Assembly (NCBI GenBank): GCA_012522415.1
Contig: JAAYKM010000123.1
Span: 1,833 to 65,832 of the forward strand
Length of the DNA: 64,000 bases
Direction of reading: 5' to 3'
From: Deltaproteobacteria bacterium
Lineage (GTDB): Bacteria; Desulfobacterota; Syntrophia; Syntrophales; JAAYKM01
Positions 1 to 9,385 of the stretch are shown here, one piece after another. Numbering within the stretch: position 1 is the first letter of the stretch; every line of letters starts with the position of its first letter. The position numbers were made by a program, and so were the translations under genes. The notes beneath the pieces were generated by a model that was not told where the DNA came from, did not search any database, and saw nothing but the letters and a program-made list of their open reading frames with translations.

Positions 1-233
1 GTTGCGTCTCTCAGCAGGTTGAGAAGATAGGCTCGTGGAAGCTGGAAAGATACATTGGTACAGAGGCCATGGTAGTCGGCAAGTCGCATGGAAAGCCATT
101 TTTCCATGCCCCGACTGCCGACAAGGACAATTTCCGGTGAGCAAGGCGAGGGCAGGGGGGGCGTCATGATGTCTGCCAGACGTGCCGCCAGTATTTCCAT
201 CATATTGGATGTTGTAATATGAAGCCCCGCCAT
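1..233 (-). CDS. recC: Exodeoxyribonuclease V gamma subunit RecC, N-terminal fragment (runs off left edge)
   Basis: Reverse translation from the ATG at rc 231-233 gives MAGLHITTSNMMEILAARLADIMTPPLPSPCSPEIVLVGSRGMEKWLSMRLADYHGLCTNVSFQLPRAYLLNLL. This is colinear with the RecC N-terminus (HSN..L..L, PE.ILVQS.GM..WL, F.LP). Not in the ORF track because it is truncated by the window edge. Confidence 0.6.
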   Translation of the reverse strand, partial: MAGLHITTSNMMEILAARLADIMTPPLPSPCSPEIVLVGSRGMEKWLSMRLADYHGLCTNVSFQLPRAYLLNLLRDA

Positions 234-387
234 AAAGTCACCCGATGTGAGAAAGAACATGTATCACACCTTGCCTTCCCCTCCAAGCATTTCACTGGAA
301 GATTTTCCCGATGTTGCCAGGATAAAAAAGGCTTTACAAACTGGAAAGGGGAAGTCAAGAATAGCACCGTCTTTGGAGGTGTAATTC

Positions 388-1716
388 ATGGGATGGCTAT
401 GGCCGTTGGTGGCCGGTCTTTTTTTGTTCTGTGTCACGGCGGGATTTTATTTTCTTGGTCGCAGGAAGACAAGAGACAATATCCGAATTCAGTTTTATCT
501 TGAATCCCTCGAAAAAAATTCTGAGCGCCTTGAAGGGCTGATCCGTGAGGAAGTGGAGCGGATGCGCGATACGGTGGTCAACAATGCGTTTCAGACAAAA
601 ACCTCCGTTGCCGGGGAGTTGAAGGATTTCGGGAATGCCGTGAAGAAATCGGTGGAGGATATGATCCATTTCCAGCGGATACATGTCGAGACCTCGACGA
701 ATCAGATGAATCTGTTCATAAAAAACAGCGAAGAACGCATTGAACGTATCCGTGCAACGGTCGATTCCAGGCTGGAACAGATCCAGAATGATAACGCCAG
801 AAACATCGAACAGGTTCGCCTGACCGTAGATGAAAAACTACAGGGAACTTTGGAACGGCGCCTTGGCGAGTCGTTTCGTCAGGTTTCCGAACGACTGGAA
901 CAGGTTCACCGGGGCTTGGGTGATATGCAAAACCTTGCTTCGGGGGTCGGTGATTTGAAGAAGATTTTTGCGAATGTTAAATCCCGGGGCATGTGGGGGG
1001 AGATCCATTTGGAAAACCTGCTGGTCGATATTCTCTCACCCGCCCAGTATGAAAAAAATGTCCGGACGAAGGAACGGAGCAATGAGGTGGTGGAATTTGC
1101 CGTCAAATTGCCCGGCGGCGAAGAGGGTGAAATGCCGGTCTGGTTACCCGTTGACTCGAAATTTCCACTGGAAGATTACCAGCGTCTCATCGATGCCCGG
1201 GAAAGAGGTGAAACACAGGATGCCACGGAAGCGGCCCGCATGCTTGAGGTACGGTTGAAACGCTGTGCACGGGATATCCATGATAAATATCTTAGTCCTC
1301 CCCGGACAACTGATTTCGCTGTGATGTATCTCCCGTCGGAAGGGCTTTATGCCGAAACGGTGAGTCGAGCCGATTTGATCGCGGCCATGCAACGCGAATA
1401 CAGGGTGCTGGTTGCCGGCCCCTCAACCTTCGCCGCCTTGCTGAATAGCCTGCAGATCGGCTTCAGGACCCTGGCCATTCAAAAACGCACAAGTGAAGTC
1501 TGGCAGATCCTGTCCGTTGTCAAGACCGAATTCGGTAAATTCGGCGAGATTCTCCAGGGGGTGAAAAAGAAACTGGAACAGGCAACGAACAACATGGATG
1601 ACGCATTGAAAAAATCACGGATCATTCAGCGCAGGCTCCGTGATGTTCAGAGAATTGACGGGAGCGACAAAGGGCGGGCTGAAGATGAAATCATGGACGA
1701 TCATGTGGACGATTAA
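388..1716 (+). CDS. rmuC: DNA recombination protein RmuC
   Basis: 442 aa ORF with an N-terminal TM helix, a long coiled-coil region and a C-terminal RmuC nuclease-like region (GMWGEIHLENLL, VEFAVKLPG, PVDSKFPLEDY, FAVMYLPSEG). GGAGG lies 8 nt upstream of the ATG. Confidence 0.85.
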   Translation: MGWLWPLVAGLFLFCVTAGFYFLGRRKTRDNIRIQFYLESLEKNSERLEGLIREEVERMRDTVVNNAFQTKTSVAGELKDFGNAVKKSVEDMIHFQRIHVETSTNQMNLFIKNSEERIERIRATVDSRLEQIQNDNARNIEQVRLTVDEKLQGTLERRLGESFRQVSERLEQVHRGLGDMQNLASGVGDLKKIFANVKSRGMWGEIHLENLLVDILSPAQYEKNVRTKERSNEVVEFAVKLPGGEEGEMPVWLPVDSKFPLEDYQRLIDARERGETQDATEAARMLEVRLKRCARDIHDKYLSPPRTTDFAVMYLPSEGLYAETVSRADLIAAMQREYRVLVAGPSTFAALLNSLQIGFRTLAIQKRTSEVWQILSVVKTEFGKFGEILQGVKKKLEQATNNMDDALKKSRIIQRRLRDVQRIDGSDKGRAEDEIMDDHVDD

Positions 1717-1795
1717 CCGGAATTCATTTGCCATAATCGAAGAATTATGAAAAAAACATCCGGGAAAAGACATCTATAGCTGGCCGCTATACGAG

Positions 1796-2788
1796 GTGGT
1801 TGTGTTATTGAAATATATTCTACCACAGAGACGGGCTGAAAAAGAACGCCATAAGGCAAAAAGAACCCTTCAGGGAAGGTGCAAATACCGATGCGATGCG
1901 GTTCTGTTGATTTTTTTCTTCTCTTGCCTGATATTCGCCCAAACCGGTATGTCATTCGCCCGGGATGTCCTTGTTTCGGGTAGTCCTGAAGTCGCCCTGC
2001 AGGCAAAATATATGGCCTTGCGGGATCGCCTGGACCAGAATGAATTCCAGAGACCCTTATCCTTGGATTCGTCGGAAACTGACGGGGAGTTGAGGGGTGA
2101 GATCCATGCCGTCCTGGACTTCCCCTTCAGGGAAACAGCCCTGGCATTGAGGGGGACCCATGCCTGGTGCGACATCCTTAATCTCCACCTCAATGTCAAA
2201 TATTGTAGTGCCCGGACAAAAAAAACGGCGAACAGCTTGTCGCTTTCTGTCGGGCGCAAACATGAACAACCCCTCGATAAAGCATCGACCGTTGATTTGA
2301 CCTTCCATGCCGATGCAACGAATCCGGATTACCTGCGAATCGTATTGCAGGCGGTAAATGGCCCTCTTGATACCCGGGACTATCGAATTGTGCTGGAGGC
2401 AATTCCTCTGGAGAGGCAGCGGACATTCATCCGCCTGTCATATTCCTATGAGACGAGCCTGATGGCGCGACTGGCCATGCAATGCTATTTCAGTACCCTG
2501 GGAAGAGATAAAGTCGGCTTCACCGTGACGGGAAGAACGGATGACGGGCGACCCATTTACACCAGAGAGATGCGTGGTGTCATCGAACGGAACACGATGC
2601 GATATTACCTGGCCATTGAAGCCTATCTCGGCACCATGGCCATACCGGAAGATCGACGCCTGGATATTCGCCTGAATAATTGGTTCGCTGCCACTGAACG
2701 ATACCCTCTCCAGTTGCACGAGATGGACAGGGCAACCTATTTGAAGATGAAACGCAGAGAATATGAGCGGCAGATTGCCGTGCCGTAA
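1796..2788 (+). CDS. Hypothetical protein with N-terminal hydrophobic/signal-like segment
   Basis: 330 aa ORF with no motif I recognise. The hydrophobic stretch AVLLIFFFSCLIFAQTGMSFA suggests export. The true start is uncertain because the track start is a non-ATG codon. Confidence 0.45.
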   Translation: MVVLLKYILPQRRAEKERHKAKRTLQGRCKYRCDAVLLIFFFSCLIFAQTGMSFARDVLVSGSPEVALQAKYMALRDRLDQNEFQRPLSLDSSETDGELRGEIHAVLDFPFRETALALRGTHAWCDILNLHLNVKYCSARTKKTANSLSLSVGRKHEQPLDKASTVDLTFHADATNPDYLRIVLQAVNGPLDTRDYRIVLEAIPLERQRTFIRLSYSYETSLMARLAMQCYFSTLGRDKVGFTVTGRTDDGRPIYTREMRGVIERNTMRYYLAIEAYLGTMAIPEDRRLDIRLNNWFAATERYPLQLHEMDRATYLKMKRREYERQIAVP

Positions 2789-2902
2789 ACCCATAAGGGA
2801 AAATCCCCTGAAGCTACGCGTTCTTAGATCTTTACAGAGAAAAATATCCGCTGGCGACCGTTGTGTTAGTACCCCATAACCGTGTGAACCAAATAATAGA
2901 CC

Positions 2903-3661
2903 ATGGATAAAGACCTCATCAAACAGTGCCGATTTTTTCTGAAAGACACGATTCGAAAGATGATCGACTTTTCCAGGACGGATCAGTATCTCGGTGTTCC
3001 GCCGCCTCCTATTCAAAAACCTTTTTCCCAAGATGCGAAAAGAATTGTCCTGCCCGGCATGAAAGCATGGCAGGACATCGGAAAGGCCGATTTCAAGGCC
3101 ATAATTCTCAACAGGGAAAGTCATCGGTCTTATCTGGAGGAGGCTCTTACCCTTGGAGAATTGGCTTTTCTCCTTTGGGCAAGCCAGGGGATAAAGGAGA
3201 GACTGGATGAGGGACATGCCCTCCGCACGGTTCCTTCCGCAGGATGCCGCCACAGCCTCGAGACTTATCTTTGCGTATTGAATATCGATGGATTGGAACG
3301 CGGGATTTACCGTTATCTTCCTCTTGAGCATCAATTGCTCCTCCTGTACACGGACCAGGATCTGGATGAAAAAATTTTCGAAGCAACTTTCAACCAGACT
3401 TATCCGGCGGTGGCCGCCGTTACCTTGATATGGACCACCATTCCATACAGGATGGAGTGGCGCTATGGTCCGGCTTCAGCTAAAGTTATCGCCATTGAGG
3501 CGGGTCATGCCTGTCAGAATCTTTATTTGGCCTGTGAAGCAATTGGGGCGGGTGCATGTGCCATGGCCGCTTATGACCAACAGGCCATGGATCACCTTCT
3601 TCATATCGACGGTGAAGATGAATTCACCCTGTATCTGGCATCGGTGGGACGAAAATTGTAG
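2903..3661 (+). CDS. SagB-type dehydrogenase / nitroreductase-family protein
   Basis: 252 aa with a nitroreductase-fold signature: RESHRSY near the N-terminus, LSFLLWASQG, PSAGCRHSLETY, and a C-terminal AIEAGHACQNLYLACEAIGAGAC. Confidence 0.7.
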   Translation: MDKDLIKQCRFFLKDTIRKMIDFSRTDQYLGVPPPPIQKPFSQDAKRIVLPGMKAWQDIGKADFKAIILNRESHRSYLEEALTLGELAFLLWASQGIKERLDEGHALRTVPSAGCRHSLETYLCVLNIDGLERGIYRYLPLEHQLLLLYTDQDLDEKIFEATFNQTYPAVAAVTLIWTTIPYRMEWRYGPASAKVIAIEAGHACQNLYLACEAIGAGACAMAAYDQQAMDHLLHIDGEDEFTLYLASVGRKL

Positions 3662-3828
3662 AAACGCGCTGTCATTAATTCACCGTAACCAACCGTTCTT
3701 CAGAGGGGCGGAGGCACGTATTTTATGAAGACTTTCCTTGCATTCCCACCGATGCGTGATTAAAATATAATCATCGGACAGGGGATGAAGTGAAAGTGGA
3801 TTGAACAGACTGAGAAAGGAGGATTCCC

Positions 3829-4119
3829 ATGGCTCTTACGAAGGTTCTTATTGAGAGGAAGGTCAAACCAGGTCAGGAACAGGCGTTTAAAAAACTCATG
3901 CGCGAAGTACTCTCTGGAGCGGCACATACCCATGGTTTCATTTCCGGCGAGACCCTGCAGTCTCTGAGTGATCCCTCGGTTCATGTGACCATCAGTCTAT
4001 GGAAAGATTTGTCATCCTGGCAGGATTGGATCAACAGCCCACCTCGTAAAAAAATACAGGAGGAATACGATAAGGCTCTGGCGGAACCCATGAAAGTTAC
4101 CACTTTCCATTACGAGTGA
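3829..4119 (+). CDS. Antibiotic-biosynthesis-monooxygenase (ABM/Dabb) domain protein
   Basis: 96 aa, the size and pattern of a single ABM ferredoxin-like domain (VLIERKVKPGQEQAFKKLM...ISLWKDLSSWQDWINS). AAGGAGG-like RBS (GAAAGGAGG) upstream. Confidence 0.6.
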   Translation: MALTKVLIERKVKPGQEQAFKKLMREVLSGAAHTHGFISGETLQSLSDPSVHVTISLWKDLSSWQDWINSPPRKKIQEEYDKALAEPMKVTTFHYE

Positions 4120-4137
4120 TAACGAAACGGACAGGAA

Positions 4138-4169
4138 GAGGGCAGCCTTTCGGCTGCCCTCTTTTTTTT
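4138..4169 (+). terminator. Rho-independent terminator after the ABM gene
   Basis: 10-bp GC-rich stem GAGGGCAGCC (4138-4147) / GGCTGCCCTC (4152-4161), loop TTTC, followed by T8 (4162-4169). Confidence 0.8.
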
Positions 4170-4321
4170 CTGTTTTCCCGTCGGTGGGAAAAAGGGGCTG
4201 AATTGAGAGCTCCCGAGGCGGGTTGCCATTTGAGGACTTCCTCCATGTCCTAAAATATGCATGTCTATCATCGTTACCTGTTGTGTTGAAAAATATCTGA
4301 GTTCCTCCCCTTGGAAATATC

Positions 4322-4350
4322 TTGACAAAGCAATTCGACTGTGCTTTACT
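4322..4350 (+). promoter_or_regulatory. Sigma70-type promoter of the aro leader/supraoperon
   Basis: TTGACA (4322-4327), 17-nt spacer, TTTACT (4345-4350). It lies about 40 nt upstream of the leader-peptide ATG. Confidence 0.55.
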
Positions 4351-4389
4351 CCGCGAGCAGTATTTATTCATAAGGAGTAGGAGTACCCG

Positions 4390-4476
4390 ATGGACAACAA
4401 CACGCGGAAAAATATCCAGGCTTATTTTTATAGCTTTTATTTTTACGGCGAGGTCTGTCCGTCGCTTGGGGAGTAG
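4390..4476 (+). CDS. Aromatic (Tyr/Phe-rich) leader peptide of the aro supraoperon, 28 aa
   Basis: ATG 4390 is preceded by AGGAG (4379-4383, 6-nt spacing). Translation is MDNNTRKNIQAYFYSFYFYGEVCPSLGE with stop TAG at 4474-4476. Codons 12-19 are Y F Y S F Y F Y. It is followed by terminator hairpins. Too short for the ORF track. Confidence 0.7.
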   Translation: MDNNTRKNIQAYFYSFYFYGEVCPSLGE

Positions 4477-4498
4477 AAGCAAATACATATAACCTTAA

Positions 4499-4544
4499 GC
4501 CATGGTCAGACCGATAGGCGCTAACCATGGCTTTTTTGTTTTTT
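4499..4544 (+). terminator. Attenuator hairpin 1 (segments 1:2) with U-tract
   Basis: GCCATGGT (4499-4506) pairs with ACCATGGC (4524-4531), followed by TTTTTTGTTTTTT (4532-4544). Confidence 0.65.
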
Positions 4545-4545
4545 G

Positions 4546-4577
4546 GCCATGGTGATGAAAGCACCGTGGCTTTTTTT
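4546..4577 (+). terminator. Attenuator hairpin 2 (segments 3:4) with U-tract, 23 nt upstream of aroF
   Basis: GCCATGGTG (4546-4554) pairs with CACCGTGGC (4562-4570) with one G-U pair and a 7-nt loop, followed by T7 (4571-4577). Segment 3 is also complementary to segment 2 (4524-4531). Confidence 0.7.
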
Positions 4578-4600
4578 ATTTCAGCAAGGAGGATTATCAA

Positions 4601-5614
4601 ATGATCATTATCATGAAAAGAGGGGCCAGCGAGGGGCAGATCGACCATGTCATCCACTGGATCGAATCCGTTGGCTACAATGCTCATCCATCGCGGGGTG
4701 TGGAGAGGACCATCATCGGTTGTGTTGGGGACGACCGGGGAAAAATTCAGCTCACTTATGCCGAATCCTTTTCAGGTGTGGAGAAAACCGTGCCGATTCT
4801 GAAACCCTATAAATTGGCAAGCAGGGAAGCCCGGGAGGGAGAAACGGTCATTCATGTGGGACGCCTGCGTATAGGCGGCGGTGGTTTTGTCGTCATGGCA
4901 GGTCCCTGTTCCGTTGAAAGCGAGGAACAGATGATGGAAAGCGCCTACATCGCCAAGAAAGGCGGGGCCGATATTCTTCGGGGCGGCGCCTATAAGCCAC
5001 GCACCTCACCCTACAGTTTTCAGGGGATGGAAGAGGAGGGTTTGAAGCTCTTGAAAAAAGCCAGGGAAAAAACAGGCTTGCCGGTTATTACGGAGGTGAT
5101 GAGTACGATGGAAGTCGATCTGGTTGAGGAATACACCGATGTGCTCCAGGTCGGCGCCCGGAACGTCCAGAATTTTTCACTCCTGAAAAGGATCGGGCAG
5201 TGCAAAAAACCGGTTCTTCTGAAACGGGGCATGATGACGACGATCGAGGAGCTTCTGATGTCGGCCGAGTATATTCTTTCATCGGGAAACGCGCAGGTGA
5301 TTCTCTGTGAGCGAGGTATTCGCACCTTCGAAACGGCAACCCGTAATACCCTGGATATTTCTGCCGTACCCGTGCTCAAATCCCTGACGCATCTCCCGGT
5401 CATTGTCGATCCAAGTCATGCCGCCGGTCACTGGCACTACGTCAGGCCTTTAAGTCGGGCCGCCCTTGCGGTTGGTGCCGACGGCATCCTTGTTGAAGTC
5501 CACCCCGATCCGGCGAAGGCCGTTTCCGATGGGGTGCAATCCCTGAAACCGGAGAAGTTCTACAGCTTGATGGAAGAACTGCGTAAAATAGAAAACCTTT
5601 TGAAACTTCAGTGA
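4601..5614 (+). CDS. aroF: 3-deoxy-7-phosphoheptulonate (DAHP) synthase, type I-beta with N-terminal ferredoxin/ACT-like regulatory domain
   Basis: 337 aa. The core has [31 protein letters not shown] and VIVDPSHA. A roughly 65-aa N-terminal extension resembles the Thermotoga-type regulated enzymes. AAGGAGG RBS. Confidence 0.9.
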   Translation: MIIIMKRGASEGQIDHVIHWIESVGYNAHPSRGVERTIIGCVGDDRGKIQLTYAESFSGVEKTVPILKPYKLASREAREGETVIHVGRLRIGGGGFVVMAGPCSVESEEQMMESAYIAKKGGADILRGGAYKPRTSPYSFQGMEEEGLKLLKKAREKTGLPVITEVMSTMEVDLVEEYTDVLQVGARNVQNFSLLKRIGQCKKPVLLKRGMMTTIEELLMSAEYILSSGNAQVILCERGIRTFETATRNTLDISAVPVLKSLTHLPVIVDPSHAAGHWHYVRPLSRAALAVGADGILVEVHPDPAKAVSDGVQSLKPEKFYSLMEELRKIENLLKLQ

Positions 5615-6720
5615 GGTTGAAGGAAATGAAAAAGCTTGTCCTGGAAATTGAACGAAAGGGCACCGTCCGTTGTGAAATCACCATAGGCTATGACATCATG
5701 GACCGGGTTGGATTGCTTCTAGCGAAGGAGTACGGCAAGGTACGCTCTTTCATGGTTACGGACGATCGGGTGGCTGACCTTTATGGGGCGCAAATTACCG
5801 ACGGGTTTCGGAAAATGGGAATGACAACCTCGATGATTGTGATCCCCGCAGGGGAAGCATCCAAAAACGTGGATACCGCCCTGTTCGTAATCGGGGAGAT
5901 GCTCAAGGGGGGGGCTGATCGCAGCAGTGTTCTGATTGCTTTTGGAGGAGGGGTGGTAGGTGATCTGACCGGCTTTGTCGCTTCGATTTATATGCGTGGT
6001 ATCCCTTATATCCAGATTCCGACAACCCTGATGGCCCAGGTGGACAGCAGCATAGGCGGAAAAACCGCCGTTGACCTGCCTGAGGGGAAGAACCTGATAG
6101 GAAGCTTCCATCAGCCGGGGAGAACCTATATTGACCTCAAATTTTTGGAAACGCTCCCTGAAAAAGAGATGAAAAACGGTCTGACCGAGATTATCAAAGC
6201 GGCGATCATTGAAGACATCACCCTGTTCAACCTTCTGGAATCCGAAGCAAAGGCCGTTAAAGAACGGGATCGCCTGATCTTGACACAAATCGTGGAAAAG
6301 GCTTGCCGGGTGAAAAGGGGAATCGTCGAACTGGATGAACGTGAGAGGGGGTTGCGGCGTATTCTCAATTTCGGTCATACCTTGGGACATGCCATTGAGG
6401 CGGAATCAGGCTACAGAATGAGTCACGGTGAGGCTGTCTCCATCGGCATGGTTGCCGCAACAAGAATTGCCGAGAAAATTTATGATTTGCCCCCGTCCGA
6501 CAGGCAGCGAATTGAATCTCTCATCGGGGCACTCGGTCATCCGACAACCATAGGGGCGGATATTTCCACCGAGGGTATTCTGGCTCGGTTGAAAATGGAT
6601 AAGAAAAAAATGGGGGACACGGTTCATTTTGTTTTAATCAAGAAAATAGGATTCCCTTTTGTCAATGGCGCGATTGAAAGCGGGACCCTCCGAGACATTA
6701 TCGAGGAATTGAGGTCATGA
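5611..6720 (+). CDS. aroB: 3-dehydroquinate synthase
   Basis: 369 aa with [35 protein letters not shown] and [12 protein letters not shown]. The GTG start overlaps the aroF stop (GTGA); the alternative ATG at 5626 is equally possible. Confidence 0.9.
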   Translation: MRLKEMKKLVLEIERKGTVRCEITIGYDIMDRVGLLLAKEYGKVRSFMVTDDRVADLYGAQITDGFRKMGMTTSMIVIPAGEASKNVDTALFVIGEMLKGGADRSSVLIAFGGGVVGDLTGFVASIYMRGIPYIQIPTTLMAQVDSSIGGKTAVDLPEGKNLIGSFHQPGRTYIDLKFLETLPEKEMKNGLTEIIKAAIIEDITLFNLLESEAKAVKERDRLILTQIVEKACRVKRGIVELDERERGLRRILNFGHTLGHAIEAESGYRMSHGEAVSIGMVAATRIAEKIYDLPPSDRQRIESLIGALGHPTTIGADISTEGILARLKMDKKKMGDTVHFVLIKKIGFPFVNGAIESGTLRDIIEELRS

Positions 6721-7802
6721 CGGATAAAAAATTGTTGGAAATTCGTCGCCAAATGTCAGAAGCGGACCAGAAAATTATTCGGTTGCTTGAACAGCGGGCA
6801 GGTTTGGCACGGAAGATCGGGAGCATAAAAGAAGAACACGGGACGGAGATCTACGATCCCGCGCGTGAGGCACAGATCATGTCGGATTTAGAAAAAGCGC
6901 TCCGCGATGACACCCTGCCCGCCGGATACCTGAAAACAATTTACCGAGAGATCATTTCCGCCTGTCGTAACCTGCAAAGGCCGATGGAGGTGGCTTGCCT
7001 GGGGCCGGCCGCATCATTTACGCATCTGGCGGCGAAATCTCATTTCGGTGGGAGCACCGCATTTTCCTTTCAATCGACGATCTCCCACGTTTTTGATGAA
7101 ATGGAACGGGGACGGGCTGATCTGGGAGTCGTGCCCATTGAAAATACCTTCGAAGGGCCGGTCAATTTCACGGCCGATCGCCTGATTCATACCCCCATAA
7201 AGGTCATTGGAGAAATCTATCAGCGAATCAACCATTGCCTGTTATCGGAAGAGCGGGATTTGACGAGAATCAGACGCGTCTATTCCCATCCGCAGGCGTT
7301 TGCTCAGTGTCAGGATTGGTTGAAAAAAAAGATGCCGGATTCCGAGTATCTGGATGTTTCCAGCACGTCGGCGGCCGCACAGAGGGCTTTGCAGGAAAAG
7401 GGCGCGGCGGCGATCGCCAGTATACTGGCTGCCTCGGTTTACGGTCTCAATGTCCTGGCTGAATCCATTCAGGACCACCCTTTTAACACAACGCGGTTTA
7501 TCGTTTTAGGACAAACGACGCCCGCGCCGACAGGTACCGACAAAACCTCCATCATCTTTGGAACACCCCATTCTCCTGGGGCGTTGCACCGTGCTCTGGG
7601 GGCCTTTGCGGATCGTCAAATCAACCTCATGAAAATCGAGTCTTATCCATTAAAAGAACGGTTGTGGGAGTATCTTTTTTTTGCCGATTTTGGCGGTCAC
7701 GAAAAGGATCCGGTCATCGAAGATTGCCTGAATCATTTAAAAACGATGACGACCTTCGTGAAGGTCCTGGGCTCATATCCCAGAGCGGGAGAGAACCTAT
7801 GA
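6717..7802 (+). CDS. pheA: Bifunctional chorismate mutase / prephenate dehydratase (P-protein)
   Basis: 361 aa. It has an N-terminal CM helix region (LLEIRRQMSEADQKIIRLLEQRAGLARKIG), a PDT domain (VACLGPAASFTH, YSHPQAFAQC) and a C-terminal ACT region (TSIIF...PGAL, ESYP). The start overlaps the aroB stop (ATGA). Confidence 0.9.
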   Translation: MTDKKLLEIRRQMSEADQKIIRLLEQRAGLARKIGSIKEEHGTEIYDPAREAQIMSDLEKALRDDTLPAGYLKTIYREIISACRNLQRPMEVACLGPAASFTHLAAKSHFGGSTAFSFQSTISHVFDEMERGRADLGVVPIENTFEGPVNFTADRLIHTPIKVIGEIYQRINHCLLSEERDLTRIRRVYSHPQAFAQCQDWLKKKMPDSEYLDVSSTSAAAQRALQEKGAAAIASILAASVYGLNVLAESIQDHPFNTTRFIVLGQTTPAPTGTDKTSIIFGTPHSPGALHRALGAFADRQINLMKIESYPLKERLWEYLFFADFGGHEKDPVIEDCLNHLKTMTTFVKVLGSYPRAGENL

Positions 7803-8542
7803 TATGCGTTTCCATATGCGCGTCGACTCAGAAAAAGGCCATGCAGGATATCCGAAGGGTTTTCAACAGATGCGATCTTCTGGAGTTGCGGATGGACGAA
7901 ATCGCGGACGGAAATCTCGTTGAACTGATAAACTGCATTCGCGGGTTGTCCCCAGCCTCTCCCGTTCTTGTTACATACCGCAAGTCAAGGCCATCCGAAC
8001 TCGGTAGAATAACGAGGATGAATGAATCTACGCGTCGAATGGAGGACGATAGGAAGCGATGGGAAATCCTTCGGGAAGCGGTCCATTTGGAAACGGCCTA
8101 TGTCGATGTCGAACTGGAGGATGATGACGAAAAAATCGCCTCTCTGAAGATGCTGATCGCGCGAAAAGGGCGGCGGACGAAACTCGTCTGTTCACATCAC
8201 AACTACATGAAAACGCCTTCCTTGGCTCACTTGAAGAATTTGTATCAGGCCTGCGTTGCTAAAGGGGCGGATGTAATTAAGATCGTGCCCTATGCAAGGG
8301 CGGCGGAAGACAATATCCGCATCTTTCAATTTCTGGCCTGGGCGTCTAAACAGAAAAAAGAGGTTGTTGCATTTTGCATGGGTCCAAAAGGGCGTTTGAG
8401 CCGGGTTGGCGCCCTCCTCTTTGGAAGCGCCTTTTCCTTTGCAGCCCTGGATGAAAAATCTTCGGCCGCACCTGGTCAGATCGGAGTGAAGGATATGGAG
8501 ATCCTGAAAGAAATACTTTTTCACGAGGAATGCAGAAATTGA
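7799..8542 (+). CDS. aroD: 3-dehydroquinate dehydratase, type I
   Basis: An in-frame ATG at 7799 overlaps the pheA stop (ATGA). This gives 247 aa starting MICVSICAST, consistent with type I DHQase (ELRMDE, HNYMKTP, KIV). The longer track start at 7664 lies inside pheA and is rejected. Confidence 0.8.
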   Translation: MICVSICASTQKKAMQDIRRVFNRCDLLELRMDEIADGNLVELINCIRGLSPASPVLVTYRKSRPSELGRITRMNESTRRMEDDRKRWEILREAVHLETAYVDVELEDDDEKIASLKMLIARKGRRTKLVCSHHNYMKTPSLAHLKNLYQACVAKGADVIKIVPYARAAEDNIRIFQFLAWASKQKKEVVAFCMGPKGRLSRVGALLFGSAFSFAALDEKSSAAPGQIGVKDMEILKEILFHEECRN

Positions 8543-9369
8543 AAACCCTCCCCCAAAAAAATCAGGCTGGTTTGATATTTGCCCTTTTCGGGAATCCGGT
8601 TGCTCAGAGCCTCTCCCCTCGAATGCATAACCGGGCGCTTCGGTTCATGGGAATCGATGGATATTATATCCCGGTTCTCGTCAAGGATTTGGCTGGAGCC
8701 GTTGCGGCGATTCGTGCCCTTGATATGCGGGGTGTAAGTGTGACCATTCCCTTCAAGGAAGCGATCATACCGTTGCTGGATGAGGTCGATGCCGATGCCC
8801 TGTGTATTGGTTCGGTTAACACGGTTCTCAATGATGGTGACACATTGACCGGTTTTAATACGGACTGGCAGGGAATGGAGGCCGCCCTGGTCAAGAAGAT
8901 GCGAATCGCCGGAAAGAGGTTTGTTCTGATCGGTTCCGGGGGGACAACCCGGGCGGTGGCCTTTGCGATCAAAAGAAATGGGGGGGAGATTGTTGTGGCA
9001 AGCCGGAATCGTGACCGGGGAACCACATTGGCCACCAAGTTCGGTTGCGTCTGGATCCCGCTCAGTGCCGGGGAAAAAATCGAAGGGGATGTCCTGATCA
9101 ATACGACTCCTGTGGGGATGATGCCCCGGGTGGACGCCCTCCCCGTTGCGAAAAATATCATCCATCGCTTTAAATATGTCGTGGATGCGGTCTATAATCC
9201 AACAAATACGCGGATGCTGCGCGTGGGAAAGGCATCGGGGGCCGTTACGATTTCAGGAGTCGATATGTTCGTTGCCCAGGGAGCGGAACAGTTTCGCATC
9301 TGGACAGGAAGGAAGCCCCCACAACGGTCTATGAGGGCAACCGTCCTTGCCGCCCTGAAAGACAGGTAG
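8530..9369 (+). CDS. aroE: Shikimate 5-dehydrogenase
   Basis: 279 aa with NPVAQSLSPRMHN, RGVSVTIPFK, NTVL..GD.LTGFNTDW, GSGGTTRAV and a C-terminal DMFVAQGAEQFRIWTG. Confidence 0.9.
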   Translation: MQKLKTLPQKNQAGLIFALFGNPVAQSLSPRMHNRALRFMGIDGYYIPVLVKDLAGAVAAIRALDMRGVSVTIPFKEAIIPLLDEVDADALCIGSVNTVLNDGDTLTGFNTDWQGMEAALVKKMRIAGKRFVLIGSGGTTRAVAFAIKRNGGEIVVASRNRDRGTTLATKFGCVWIPLSAGEKIEGDVLINTTPVGMMPRVDALPVAKNIIHRFKYVVDAVYNPTNTRMLRVGKASGAVTISGVDMFVAQGAEQFRIWTGRKPPQRSMRATVLAALKDR

Positions 9370-9385
9370 AAAGTATCCGTAGCGT

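Noticed and set aside
219-503. 94-aa plus-strand ORF across the recC-rmuC intergenic region
   Set aside because: It overlaps the recC start on the opposite strand and the rmuC start in another frame. It has no RBS or motif.
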